Below, piece after piece: positions 50,583-60,755 of a stretch of DNA of 64,000 nt. Below the pieces are notes generated by a model. The model saw only the letters and a list, made by a program, of their open reading frames with translations, was not told where the DNA came from and made no database searches. The stretch spans positions 65,107-129,106 of the forward strand of contig CASIAP010000009.1 of the NCBI GenBank assembly GCA_949372645.1, read 5' to 3'. The stretch comes from Candidatus Poseidoniaceae archaeon (GTDB lineage Archaea > Thermoplasmatota > Poseidoniia > Poseidoniales > Poseidoniaceae). The translations under genes and the position numbers were made by a program. Numbering within the stretch: position 1 is the stretch's first letter; every line of letters begins with the position of its first letter.

Positions 50583-51638
50583 CTGAGGCACGCAGATTTG
50601 TACTGCACTCGGCAAAACTTCCATATTCAGCGGAGTTGAGCCGATGTTCTCACCATCAACATTGATTGCAGCCGAATCCGGTGTTTCGATGGATAAACTT
50701 TTGAATTTGTGATAATCAACGCGTGGATGGAACACATGCCGCCCTTCACTCTTGAGCATACCAAAGGCTTTGAGCACATCTCTGCGCGTCATTTTCTTCA
50801 AGATACCAATGTCCATCATTCCATCATCAAGCGAGGCTCCAGGCGCTAAAGGCAACATAGAGCCTCCAGTTTGACTGTTCTGAATCAAAAAGAGCGTATA
50901 ATCATCTTTCATTTGTGCACCGTCGATAGTCAATGTTGCTTGACGGCGGTTGTTGGCCATGATTGCCATGAGAATGCCAACATCATACCTGATTGGACCC
51001 ATCCATCGCATTTTTTCTGCCTTAAGAGTAGAATCAACGCCTAGCCCCCATGTGACGAGGTTGTGACTGTATCGGACCGTTCGTCCATTTTCAGAACCTG
51101 GAAGCCCATTGCCCATTTCCACCCTTGCTAAATCGAGGTTTTGACGCGCACCATGAACCAGACTGTGAACGGCCTGCTCAGTAGTTGTTAGACGCAGATC
51201 GTTTGCCATTGAGTTGCCAGTACCTGCAGGAATGAGGGCAAACACGTCACCTCCTTCTGATTTTGCGTTCATTCGTCCCGTGATGACTTCAGATAGGCTT
51301 CCATCCCCCCCGACAACAGCAAAGATGTCGTCATCAGATGCATGAATTCCTTGAGCGATTTCAATCAAGTGTCCACTGTAGTCTGAAAAATGGATGTCGA
51401 CCGTTTTCCCATCTTCTTCGAGTAGAGTTTTGGCGTGCTCGCCAATTTTCCTCCCTTTTCTTTTACCAGCGAAAGGGTTTACCAAAAGATGAACGTGTTT
51501 ATTGTCTCTCGCTTTCACCGGTTTTTGAGTGAATACTTCTGCATAAATCGGTTTGTGTGCACCCTTTTTCTGTTTCGTCGAAAGATCTGGTTCGAATCGA
51601 AGAGCAGCGGGTCCTTGCCCCACATCATCGTTTGACAT
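50574..51638 (-). CDS. Diacylglycerol/lipid kinase family (YegS/DAGK-like)
   Basis: VNPFAG, VGGDGSLSEV, IPAGTGNSMA, APGASLDDG, NVDGE; TTGAAAC box at -29. Confidence 0.9.
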   Translation of the reverse strand: MSNDDVGQGPAALRFEPDLSTKQKKGAHKPIYAEVFTQKPVKARDNKHVHLLVNPFAGKRKGRKIGEHAKTLLEEDGKTVDIHFSDYSGHLIEIAQGIHASDDDIFAVVGGDGSLSEVITGRMNAKSEGGDVFALIPAGTGNSMANDLRLTTTEQAVHSLVHGARQNLDLARVEMGNGLPGSENGRTVRYSHNLVTWGLGVDSTLKAEKMRWMGPIRYDVGILMAIMANNRRQATLTIDGAQMKDDYTLFLIQNSQTGGSMLPLAPGASLDDGMMDIGILKKMTRRDVLKAFGMLKSEGRHVFHPRVDYHKFKSLSIETPDSAAINVDGENIGSTPLNMEVLPSAVQICVPQSK

Positions 51639-51837
51639 GCTTAGAAGAGTTGGGTACTTGGTTTCAAACCTTCTCTACTACTGACCCATATATGCTTAAT
51701 TTATATTGGGTCGGAAACGATTCACACTGCATAAACAGGTATTTTCTATGGTGAACATACTCGCAGGAGTCCTCTTACATACAGTGATGGTGGGGTGAAA
51801 TGCAAGAAGTCTTGAACCCGACCGATGTGGAAGGGAT

Positions 51838-52860
51838 ATGGCGAGTCTTTGGACTGCGGACCAAAAGGGGTTCATGCAACGTGCTCTTGAAGTCGCAGAA
51901 CGCGGCAGAGGCAAGGTCAGCCCCAACCCGCTTGTTGGTTGCGTATTAGTCAAGGATGGGGAAGTGATTGCTGAAGGATGGCATGACCACCTTGGAGGAC
52001 TTCATGCTGAACAAATGGCGATTCATGATGCCGAATCAAACGGCCACTCTTCTAACGGCGCTGTTGCTTATGTGACACTCGAGCCCTGCAATCATTTTGG
52101 CCGAACACCTCCATGTACCGAGGCATTGATGTGGGCAGGAGTCAAAGAGGTCATTGTTGCTCACTACGACCCAAACCCAACTGTTCGTGGTAAAGGAATT
52201 CAAGTCCTTCAAGATGCAGGAATTCAAGTTCGCCAAGGCCTCATGCAGGCAGAGGCAGCAGTTCAGATGCGCCCTTTCCTCCATTGGTGCCAACACCGCC
52301 ATCCTTTGGTGACGGTGAAAATGGCCATTGATGCCAATGGCTCGGTCGATGATCGAAGTCAGCAAGCTCAACGTTTCACTTCTGAAGGCTGTCTTGACCA
52401 GGTTCACATCCTTCGAAATGAATGTGACGCAGTTCTTGTTGGAGTCGAAACGGTAGTCCGTGACAACCCTCAGTTGACGGTACGTCGCGTGAAAACAGAC
52501 CGTCAACCGCTTCGTATCATTATTGACCCGAACCAGCGCACTCCTGAAGATGCAACGTTGCTCAATGATGAACATGAAACACTTGTGATGGGGGAAGAAT
52601 TCAGTTCTTTACCTGGACTTCTCAATCTCTTAGGCGATCGAGATATTCAGCGCCTCATGGTCGAGGGTGGCCCGTCAACGATTGGTTCTTTTCTTGACCA
52701 GGGTCTGGTTGATGAGTTCTACCTCATCCACAGTGAAGTCATGCATCAACAACCTGTAGCTTCAAACATCGATGCAGGCCGTCTTTCTTCAGCAGGACTT
52801 TCCCATACGTCTACAGAAACGTGGGGAGAGGAAACCGTTCATATCTGGACGCACTTGTGA
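51838..52860 (+). CDS. ribD: Bifunctional riboflavin biosynthesis deaminase/reductase
   Basis: SPNPLVGCV, HAE, VTLEPCNHFGRTPPC, DNPQLTVR, LMVEGG. Confidence 0.93.
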   Translation: MASLWTADQKGFMQRALEVAERGRGKVSPNPLVGCVLVKDGEVIAEGWHDHLGGLHAEQMAIHDAESNGHSSNGAVAYVTLEPCNHFGRTPPCTEALMWAGVKEVIVAHYDPNPTVRGKGIQVLQDAGIQVRQGLMQAEAAVQMRPFLHWCQHRHPLVTVKMAIDANGSVDDRSQQAQRFTSEGCLDQVHILRNECDAVLVGVETVVRDNPQLTVRRVKTDRQPLRIIIDPNQRTPEDATLLNDEHETLVMGEEFSSLPGLLNLLGDRDIQRLMVEGGPSTIGSFLDQGLVDEFYLIHSEVMHQQPVASNIDAGRLSSAGLSHTSTETWGEETVHIWTHL

Positions 52861-52960
52861 ACGTGCCCTCATTCGCTCACTTTTGGGCAATTCTACTTCT
52901 GAATCAGGTTTTTCATGATGAATAAAGAATAAATAAAGCCTTTATGTATGACGCCAAGGG

Positions 52961-54307
52961 GTGTCTGTGAGGCTTCTTTTCCCTTTGCTTACAATTTTAC
53001 TTCTCGCACCCTTGGCTCAAGCCCAAGGCATCGCTGAAGCATTGCAAGAATGTCCGAGCACCGTCACTGGAAGTTCACAGCCAGAGCAGATTCATTTGCA
53101 GATCACAGATAACCCAAACGAGATGGTTGTGGTTTGGGCTACTGAGCAAAGAGGCGATGCAGTCGTTGAATGGAGTTCTGAAACTGGTTCGAGTTCTGCT
53201 ACTGGTGATTCATATTGTTACAATCACGATAAGGCATTCCATATGGTGCTGATGAACGATCTAACTTTGGGTGAAGAAGTAACCTATCGTGTAGGAGATG
53301 GCAATGTTTGGTCTAGTGAATTTACCTTTACGCCGTTCGACCCTGATGCGGACCGCTTTGAATGGATCTCTATTGCAGACCATGGCCTTTCTTCTGAAGC
53401 ACTGGATGTTACAGAGGCAATTATTGCAGATTCACAAGCACAACTGGTAACAATCTCTGGCGATATTGCATATGCAGATGGCAATCAAAATATTTGGGAT
53501 GAATGGTTTGCAACTCAGCAAGAAAGCATGGCCTCAATACCGTGGGTTACTGCAGTTGGCAATCATGAAAACGAGCCAGCCGTTGGTTTCGAGGCATACG
53601 AGCATCGCTTTGATTCAGATCAAGTAATCGAAAGCGAGACCTTCTGGTTTTCACGAAACATTCCTGGAGTTCATCTTATTTTCATGTCCACAGAACACGA
53701 GTTTACCCCCGGTAGTACGCAGTATAATTGGCTTCAAACTGATTTACAGTCAGCAAACACTCCCGATGCTCGAACTGAGAGACCTTTCATTATCGTAATT
53801 GGTCACAAACCGATGTATTCAAGCAACGATTATCACGGTTCCGAGGTTGAACTTCGTGCTGCACTTGAAACTCTTTATGTTGAAAATGGAGTAAACCTTG
53901 TCATTGCTGGGCACGACCATTTCTATGAACGTACATGGCCGGTTAATGGCGAGAAGGTTTCAGACAAAGGAGGTGGGGATGTTTTTGGCCAAGGTCATGA
54001 ACCTATACATTTGGTAATTGGTATTGGTGGAAGGTCCGCATACGAAGAATTGGAGGAGCCGCAACCAGAATGGAGTGCTTATCGAGAGAACAGTAGTTAT
54101 GGCTGGACTCGTCTTGTCTATGACGATACTACCCGTGAACTCGAATTTTCGCATCACCGAATTGACGGAACAATCGGTGATTCGTTCACCCTTCAAGAAT
54201 CATTCCTCAGCAGTGAATCTGAAGAATCGAATGCACTTGGAATCGCTGGTATAGATTCTGTATTCGCAATCATTGCTCTTTTAGGTGCTGCATTTCGCAA
54301 GAAGTAA
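52961..54307 (+). CDS. Secreted purple acid phosphatase-like metallophosphoesterase with C-terminal anchor
   Basis: Signal peptide, PEQIHL Fn3-like domain, DHG, GDIAY, GNHE, GHKP, GHDHFYER; hydrophobic tail ending RKK. Confidence 0.9.
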   Translation: MSVRLLFPLLTILLLAPLAQAQGIAEALQECPSTVTGSSQPEQIHLQITDNPNEMVVVWATEQRGDAVVEWSSETGSSSATGDSYCYNHDKAFHMVLMNDLTLGEEVTYRVGDGNVWSSEFTFTPFDPDADRFEWISIADHGLSSEALDVTEAIIADSQAQLVTISGDIAYADGNQNIWDEWFATQQESMASIPWVTAVGNHENEPAVGFEAYEHRFDSDQVIESETFWFSRNIPGVHLIFMSTEHEFTPGSTQYNWLQTDLQSANTPDARTERPFIIVIGHKPMYSSNDYHGSEVELRAALETLYVENGVNLVIAGHDHFYERTWPVNGEKVSDKGGGDVFGQGHEPIHLVIGIGGRSAYEELEEPQPEWSAYRENSSYGWTRLVYDDTTRELEFSHHRIDGTIGDSFTLQESFLSSESEESNALGIAGIDSVFAIIALLGAAFRKK

Positions 54308-54312
54308 ACCTC

Positions 54313-54372
54313 ACTCAAAACGAATTCTTGAGTTAGAGCCTACTGGAGTTTTGTCCAAAGCTGAGTAGGTTT
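54313..54372. terminator. Two hairpins between convergent genes
   Basis: ACTCAA/TTGAGT (54313-54333) and GAGCCTACT..AGTTTT-GTCC-AAAGCT.AGTAGGTTT (54336-54372, with G-U pairs). Confidence 0.45.
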
Positions 54373-54391
54373 GCACTTTCTCGATAATCTC

Positions 54392-55454
54392 TTAATCGAA
54401 AAGTTGACTCAGCATCCGATGGAAATGATGCACACCTTGCTCTCTTGTTGGTGAATATCTCCCTCGGTCATAGGCCTTTGAGGCCATGCCCTTCTGCACT
54501 TCTTCAATCACCCACTGGTCTTGATGCTCAACGGTATCCAAGACCGAGCCGGCTCCTTGGCTGGCAAGTTCTGCATCGCTGACATAGCCGCGATAGAGGA
54601 TTCTGCATTGCTTGTGCGAGACTGGAATTACCACGTTAACCGATAATCCCCAGGGATAGAAATTGAACATCATGTTCGGGAATAACCACAGATAGTACGC
54701 TGCAATATCTTGGCCTTCATCTGGATGGCCTTTGGGTAAATCGAACTTGACATCACCTTCCATTGCCTTACCAATTTGCAACACTCCGCCGTCAAACGTC
54801 TCCGTAACATAGCCTGAATAATCGAGAGCTTGATTGAGTTCAGGATGAACATAAGGGATGTGGAATCCTTCCAGGAAATTATCGACATAGAGCAACCAGT
54901 TCGCCTCAACACTGTGGTCTCGGTCTCGGCTTGCATCGTGCGTGAACGATTCTGGTTTGAGAAATCCGAGGCGTTCTTCGAGCATTGCCCACGGCAGGTC
55001 TGGTACTTCTTCTTGGGCGGTGAAATACATCCCCATCCATTGTTTGAGAGGGAAATTCTTGAGATTGTCGGTATCGCTTGGGAAATCAATCGCTTGCTCA
55101 AACTCTGCCATGTGTCGGAAGGTTCCATCCAAATTGAAGGTCCGACCGTGATAGCGGCACTGCAGCGTTTTCTTCGTGCATGGCTCAAGCGCTAGGCGCA
55201 TTCCTCGATGAGTGCAGACATTGGAAAGACATCGCGTCTCTTCACCTTGAATCAAGACCAGTCGACTCACCATTGACCGCTTCAATATGTTCCAAAGGCA
55301 AGATGGTATCGGCCTCAAACTCCGATTGGTGAGCAGCAAATTGCCAGCCAGAAAAGACATGTTTGAGCCGCTCAAACTCTTCTGACTCAGTGTAGAATCG
55401 AGAGGGGAGCGTTCTGGCCACTCGGATGTCGGCATCAATCAATTGCTCCGACAT
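54392..55454 (-). CDS. Rieske non-heme iron oxygenase alpha subunit (choline monooxygenase-like), frameshift near 55262
   Basis: N-term ARTLPSRFY in ORF 55242..55508; NVCTHRG, CRYHG, NW..YVDNFLEGFHIPYVH, QD...E.VQKG; removing one base gives about 353 aa. Confidence 0.85.
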
Positions 55455-55494
55455 GATTCGCACATCTCGCAGGTGGTATTGAGGGTTCGGGCAC

Positions 55495-55854
55495 TTATAC
55501 CCAAACATCGTTTTCTGCTGTTAACTGCCCTTCTGCATCGCCCGTATTCACGACACCTCGTGGCTCTACCAGTAAAACATGGCATTCTTCTGCAGCGTAT
55601 GGTTTGTGCATGATTCCTTTTGGAACCACATACATTTCTCCTTCATTCAGCGAGATGGTTTCATGCTTCATTTCGATGCACATCGAACCTTTGACTACGA
55701 TGAAGACTTCATCGGTATCAACATGGTTGTGCCAGACGAAATCGCCTTTCATTTTTGCTAGCTTGAACTGGTAATCATTCATTTCAGCGATCACCTTTGG
55801 CGCCCAGAATCCATCAACTAAACTCAACTTATCCCCGATATTGACCTTGGCCAT
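55495..55854 (-). CDS. Cupin-domain protein
   Basis: FVWHNHVDTDEVF...VVPKGIMHKP. Confidence 0.88.
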   Translation of the reverse strand: MAKVNIGDKLSLVDGFWAPKVIAEMNDYQFKLAKMKGDFVWHNHVDTDEVFIVVKGSMCIEMKHETISLNEGEMYVVPKGIMHKPYAAEECHVLLVEPRGVVNTGDAEGQLTAENDVWV

Positions 55855-55909
55855 GGACTACCGAAGACTGAGGCCCTCAAATGAATGTATTGAGCATCAA
55901 TTGTTAAAT

Positions 55910-56767
55910 CTAGAAGAATTCATTTTTTACAACAAACACCGTTGATTTTAGCATAAAGAGCAGGGCGATTACCCCTATCAACGGAAAGATCAAGAAGATA
56001 AAAATGAACAGGTCAACTCCCGCCAGACCCGCCTCTAATACAGCCTCGTCATGAGCGTCTGGGTTCACAAAAACAGTGACCTCCTTTTCAGGTGGATACT
56101 CGTCGTTACTCGCCCAAGAGCTACAACTCGAATCCTTGCTGAAACTCACTAAGTCTCCATCATACGTCATATTGTCAATCGTATAGTTGTAGGTAACCCA
56201 TAAGCAGTATGTATCTCCTCCTTCACTGCTTGAAGAAACGGTCACTCCACTATCGATAATGGTGCCGTCAGTAGCTGTCCAGTCCTCCGTCCCAAGGTCT
56301 GAAAGAACCGGTCCACCGATGAGTACAGTTGCAATGAGGGAGACACTGCACCAAATTATCGCAAAAACCCAGCCTCCAAGGAGGCCCCCAATCTTCGCTC
56401 CCCGAGTCCCAAATTCGGGGGGTTGGTTTGGCTTATCCCATGCCGTACAGCCTTCATCTTGGAGAGTGGTGATTGCCGCATCCAATAATTTCTGTGCATC
56501 TCGAGTCGAACTGATTCTTTTCATTCCACTCAACTGTTTGAACTCTGCAAGACTTTTTTCTTCAGAGGCTAAACGGTTTTGGTTATACCAATCAACAATT
56601 TCGTTCGCATCATTGTCACTGTCCCAAGTATCCACTGGGAAATCTGCCAAATCCACTTCGATTTTGGGAACAGGAGTTGTAGCCTTTCTTTGAGAATCGT
56701 CTTCTTTCGCTCGTTCTGCTGACTCATCCTTTTCGTTAAGTTTAACATCCCAGAAATTGTCCGACAT
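55910..56767 (-). CDS. Membrane protein with DUF3592-like domain
   Basis: W..TDGTI..S...V.YNY...YP....VTVFVNP....AVL between two TMs; start 56767 avoids overlap with the AKR gene. Confidence 0.72.
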   Translation of the reverse strand: MSDNFWDVKLNEKDESAERAKEDDSQRKATTPVPKIEVDLADFPVDTWDSDNDANEIVDWYNQNRLASEEKSLAEFKQLSGMKRISSTRDAQKLLDAAITTLQDEGCTAWDKPNQPPEFGTRGAKIGGLLGGWVFAIIWCSVSLIATVLIGGPVLSDLGTEDWTATDGTIIDSGVTVSSSSEGGDTYCLWVTYNYTIDNMTYDGDLVSFSKDSSCSSWASNDEYPPEKEVTVFVNPDAHDEAVLEAGLAGVDLFIFIFLIFPLIGVIALLFMLKSTVFVVKNEFF

Positions 56768-56834
56768 AAACGAACCCTCAGGGAGCACACTTTTGTTCTT
56801 TTTCCAAGCAACTGCGCTGAACCGACCGGCTTGT

Positions 56835-57671
56835 TTACAGTTCCGTGGTTGGGTCCCAACCTGAAACATAGTTCTCTTCCAGTGCCATGATGGCTTCCAT
56901 TTCACTTGAAATATCAACGTTGAGTGAAGCGATGTTCTCAATGATCCGCTTTGGATTGCTCGACTTGGGAATCGTAATGCATCCTTGGTCATAACAGAAC
57001 TTGATGGCAACTTGGGCAGGCGTACAGTTGAGTCGTGTGGCGATTTCTGCAAGTCGAGGGTCATCGACTTTCTCGCCGCGTGCAAGTGGAGAGTAAGCCA
57101 TTAATCGAGCCCCTGCGTCTTCAGTGGCTTGCTTGAGATGAGGTCGTTGTAGCCAAGGGTTGTACTCGACTTGATTGACACTTGGCATGTAATTTGCATA
57201 TTTTTTCATCGCATCCAAATGGGCAACGCCATAGTTGGAAACACCGATTGATTTGACCCATCCTTGCTCAAGGCAGTATTCCATCGCTTTCCAAACGGGT
57301 GCGCGGTGTTCAGGATCAAGAGGCGGTGCATGGACCAAATAGAGGTCGATGTATTCGGTATCAAGAAGTTCGAGCGATTTCTTACATTGCTCAATGGTTT
57401 CTTCATACCCAACAGCATCTCCACGGCGAATTTTGGTCGTGATGAAGACTGAAGAGCGCTCAACACCCGTTTCTTTGAGGGCCCGGCCAACGTCACGTTC
57501 ATTCTGATACATGCTTGCAGTATCGATGTGCGTATAGCCCGCCTTGAACGCAGCCAAGATCGAAGATTTGCATTCTCCACCATCCGGCATCAAAAAGACG
57601 CCAAGACCAAATTGTGGGATTTGAGTAGGATAGGCTTCCTTGCCTTCCGGTGTTTGATGACTGATGTGCAT
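56835..57671 (-). CDS. Aldo/keto reductase
   Basis: GLGVF, HIDTASMY.NE, FITTK, IDLYLVH, IGVSNY, NQVEY, AYSPL, IPKSS; TTCATCA box at -29. Confidence 0.93.
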   Translation of the reverse strand: MHISHQTPEGKEAYPTQIPQFGLGVFLMPDGGECKSSILAAFKAGYTHIDTASMYQNERDVGRALKETGVERSSVFITTKIRRGDAVGYEETIEQCKKSLELLDTEYIDLYLVHAPPLDPEHRAPVWKAMEYCLEQGWVKSIGVSNYGVAHLDAMKKYANYMPSVNQVEYNPWLQRPHLKQATEDAGARLMAYSPLARGEKVDDPRLAEIATRLNCTPAQVAIKFCYDQGCITIPKSSNPKRIIENIASLNVDISSEMEAIMALEENYVSGWDPTTEL

Positions 57672-57754
57672 ATCTCGGCCAAAAGGTGGAGATTGATGAA
57701 TCCGCCGATTCATTCGACTCAAGTTCGAGGTGTGGGGTTCAGCACACTGTTGAC

Positions 57755-58408
57755 TTATTCCGCTTCGAATAGATCCGAATCTGTTGAGCTTCGAACAATC
57801 AGCAGGCCCAGGAGCAATACAGCGGCACCCCCGGTACCAACCGCAACATACAGCAAAACCTCTTCGGGGGTCAACGGTTCATCTGTGTCGGAACTTTCAA
57901 CAGATTGCTCTTCTTTATTGACGCCAAAGCTACTCCCGATTTGAGGAGCAGTTGAAGCGTTATGGCTGTCCATGTCTTTGAACAGGCGGATAGTAGCATT
58001 GACAGATGTACCGTCCTCACGAAGGTCTTGGTATGCATAATCGCCTTCAGTCCAGTTGATATCGAATTCAAGGACAAAACTTGTTGTGCAGTTTGGTTCG
58101 ATTTTACTGTTATTTTCATCAGTCTCGCAATAAGCGTGAAGTTCTCCAGAATCCCAGTCAAAGGTTCCGTTGTACAAACCGTCTCCGTCATGGTCGTACA
58201 CCAAGCGATGAGTGAGGTTCGAAGCATTGTCCGTGTTATACCAGATGATTGAATCGTTATGGAAGATCTCTGGTGCAGTCTGTGAAAAGCCACCTTCTTT
58301 TACGAGGACGGTAAACGAATTTGCTGTGTGCGCACTTGACTGCAGTGGAGTGACTACGACAGCAGCCAAGAGGACGAAAAGAAGAACGGGCAAAGCCATG
58401 CGTCGCAT
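57755..58408 (-). CDS. Exported membrane-anchored protein, possible cupredoxin-like fold
   Basis: Signal peptide, F.....I..NDSIIWYN......H, GDYAY; no C-terminal Cys/His/Met loop; C-terminal TM. Confidence 0.55.
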   Translation of the reverse strand: MRRMALPVLLFVLLAAVVVTPLQSSAHTANSFTVLVKEGGFSQTAPEIFHNDSIIWYNTDNASNLTHRLVYDHDGDGLYNGTFDWDSGELHAYCETDENNSKIEPNCTTSFVLEFDINWTEGDYAYQDLREDGTSVNATIRLFKDMDSHNASTAPQIGSSFGVNKEEQSVESSDTDEPLTPEEVLLYVAVGTGGAAVLLLGLLIVRSSTDSDLFEAE

Positions 58409-58490
58409 GAACAAAAGGTCGGGCCACAGATAGATAAATCATCGCATGTGATGGGCGAATTCAAATACAACCCCTTGTTGAAACCTACCT

Positions 58491-60497
58491 ATGAAATCCA
58501 ATCTACTGTTCATAAATCGCGATGCAGCGGACAGAATTATCACGTATGCTTTCGTTGGTTTGGTGACCATATGCCTGCTTTCTGCAACAGCATATCTTGC
58601 CCTTGGTGGAGAAAAAAATGCAGATAAAGCCGATACAGCTACTGCGTGGGTCGACCCTGTTGTTGAAATTGAAGACGAACAGCACAGCCACACCGACCTC
58701 TTAGCCCACCGGTTGAAAACCGACAACATGGAACTCATCGACTATCATAATCTCAACTGCGACGGCAACGTTGCCCCGCCAGCCGAACTTGACAACGTCG
58801 CAGGACGGCCTTGTCTCCCAGAATACAAGAACATCGGACCGACACCTGGTGATTCTTCTGAGATCTCAATTGAAGGCAATTTCATGGAAGATTGCGTCAA
58901 GAACCCTGACGGGTCCGGTGGATGCTACGCCTATGTTTCTTCGTACAACCAATTCGAAATTTTGGACATCTCGGAACCAAACAACATTGTCCTCCTCTCG
59001 ACCTACTACGCTGAGATTGGCCGTATGATTGACATCAAGGTCACACCAGATAACAACTGGGTGCTGGTCAATCACGAATTGACAAACAGTGATCTTGACC
59101 CAATCCCAAATGACGATGACGCCAACAGCGGTGCAAACCGACTCGATGTCATCTCTGTGGTCAACAAGAATGAACCAATCAAGGTCGCTGAATGGAACAA
59201 TCCCCCCGCGGGATTCCACAATCAAGACATGCACGTGGACTGCGAGTGGGAACCAACAAACCCTCTATGGTCCATTGAAGAGTGCCACCTGTTCCTCTAC
59301 GGTGCAGACCCCTATCCAGAAATGGTCGAAGGCGATTCTGGAACCTTTTACAAAGGCACACAAATCTTCTACGTCCCTCTCGGTTTTGAATCATGGATTG
59401 ATCCAACTGCAACAGACGAAGAGCAAAACAACAGCCGCCAAATCCTTCGCTGGGGAGGATACTCTCCAGAACCAGAAACAACCTGCGGTGGCTCGATTTT
59501 CAACCACGATAACGTGTTCCATATCCATCCAATCACCGGACAGAAACTCCTCTACATTTCCTACTGGGATGCTGGACTAAGAATCGTCGATGTCTCGAAC
59601 CCACCAGAAGTTCCTGACCCTGAAGGCATCAGCTGGCCACAGGACAACGAAGTTGGACGATGGCTTGGATGCCCGAGCGCTGATGATGGCTGGTACGGCC
59701 CTGACGGTGGTGGCCATGCGAACATGTCTTCCGAAGAATGGGGCGGCAGCAGCGGCGCCCTCAACGGTAACGGCTGGATCCACTACGCGGTTCCTTACGA
59801 CCACTTGTTGTGCAACGGAGCCAAGGACACCGACCCAACGGAAACATGGGATGCTGAATGCGGCACAGGACCAAACGACGCTGAATTCGGTATCAACTGG
59901 CGCCACTTGACCATGATCGCACCGGAGTACGGCACCAACACCAACCACACCGGTTACATCTGGACCATTGACACCACCGATCCTGCCAAGCCGTTCTTGA
60001 TGAGCAAGTGGAAGCTTCCCGGTTCAAGCATCTTGCCTGACGGTAGCGAACACCCTCACCACTACATCCCAGGTGGCTATATTTACAGCCCCCACAACGG
60101 AGACACTGGAACCCACGGTAACGTCTACTGGACGCACTACCACGCAGGAAACTGGGTCACCGACCACAGCGATATTTGGCAAGACCTCGAGTGGGTTGAT
60201 GGCACTCCAGCCCCTGAAATCGGCTACCCTGCTATTGCTAAGATGTCTGAAACCAAGACGTTGGGATACTACCTTCCTTCAGGCCCAACTTGGATTGACG
60301 ACCCTACAACGACCTTAGGCTACGATATGGCTGATTGTTGGGCTTCGTGTATGATTCCATTCGACTGGGGCCTTCAATACGACCCTCGAGGCTATCTGTT
60401 CATTTCAGAGATGGTCACTGGCGTCTATGTGGTGCAAATGGAGGAGGACAAGAATCCGAACTTTGTCTATCCACCTCTTTACCCAAGTGACGATTGA
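58491..60497 (+). CDS. Membrane-anchored LVIVD-repeat (beta-propeller-like) protein
   Basis: YAYVSS...EILDISEP, LYISYWDAGLRIVDVSNP, TIDTTDPAKP; N-terminal TM; TTCAAAT box at -31. Confidence 0.8.
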   Translation: MKSNLLFINRDAADRIITYAFVGLVTICLLSATAYLALGGEKNADKADTATAWVDPVVEIEDEQHSHTDLLAHRLKTDNMELIDYHNLNCDGNVAPPAELDNVAGRPCLPEYKNIGPTPGDSSEISIEGNFMEDCVKNPDGSGGCYAYVSSYNQFEILDISEPNNIVLLSTYYAEIGRMIDIKVTPDNNWVLVNHELTNSDLDPIPNDDDANSGANRLDVISVVNKNEPIKVAEWNNPPAGFHNQDMHVDCEWEPTNPLWSIEECHLFLYGADPYPEMVEGDSGTFYKGTQIFYVPLGFESWIDPTATDEEQNNSRQILRWGGYSPEPETTCGGSIFNHDNVFHIHPITGQKLLYISYWDAGLRIVDVSNPPEVPDPEGISWPQDNEVGRWLGCPSADDGWYGPDGGGHANMSSEEWGGSSGALNGNGWIHYAVPYDHLLCNGAKDTDPTETWDAECGTGPNDAEFGINWRHLTMIAPEYGTNTNHTGYIWTIDTTDPAKPFLMSKWKLPGSSILPDGSEHPHHYIPGGYIYSPHNGDTGTHGNVYWTHYHAGNWVTDHSDIWQDLEWVDGTPAPEIGYPAIAKMSETKTLGYYLPSGPTWIDDPTTTLGYDMADCWASCMIPFDWGLQYDPRGYLFISEMVTGVYVVQMEEDKNPNFVYPPLYPSDD

Positions 60498-60755
60498 TTG
60501 AACACAAGGTCCTCCCTTGTACATGGCGTCGTTGCCGTGGGTAGCGTTCAATATGGCCCATAGAGAGCCCATGTATGCACTAAATCTGTTCACAAAGATG
60601 TTATGGTGAAACCCTCGTGAACATATGCTATCCATTTATCCACTTCACTAGATCACATTCATTTTGAGCGTACTCTTGTAATCAAGTGATCTCTATTTTT
60701 GGGAAATGGTTGGGCCAAAATTTAAGTAATCTATTCTTGAGATTGTCATGAGTAT

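Noticed and set aside
51684..51711. Possible dif site for XerA
   Set aside because: In an 11-6-11 register the arms match only in the outer 5 bp; kept only as a generic inverted repeat.
55910..57085. 391-aa version of the DUF3592 ORF
   Set aside because: Its first 106 codons largely overlap the AKR gene in another frame; ATG 56767 is the more plausible start.
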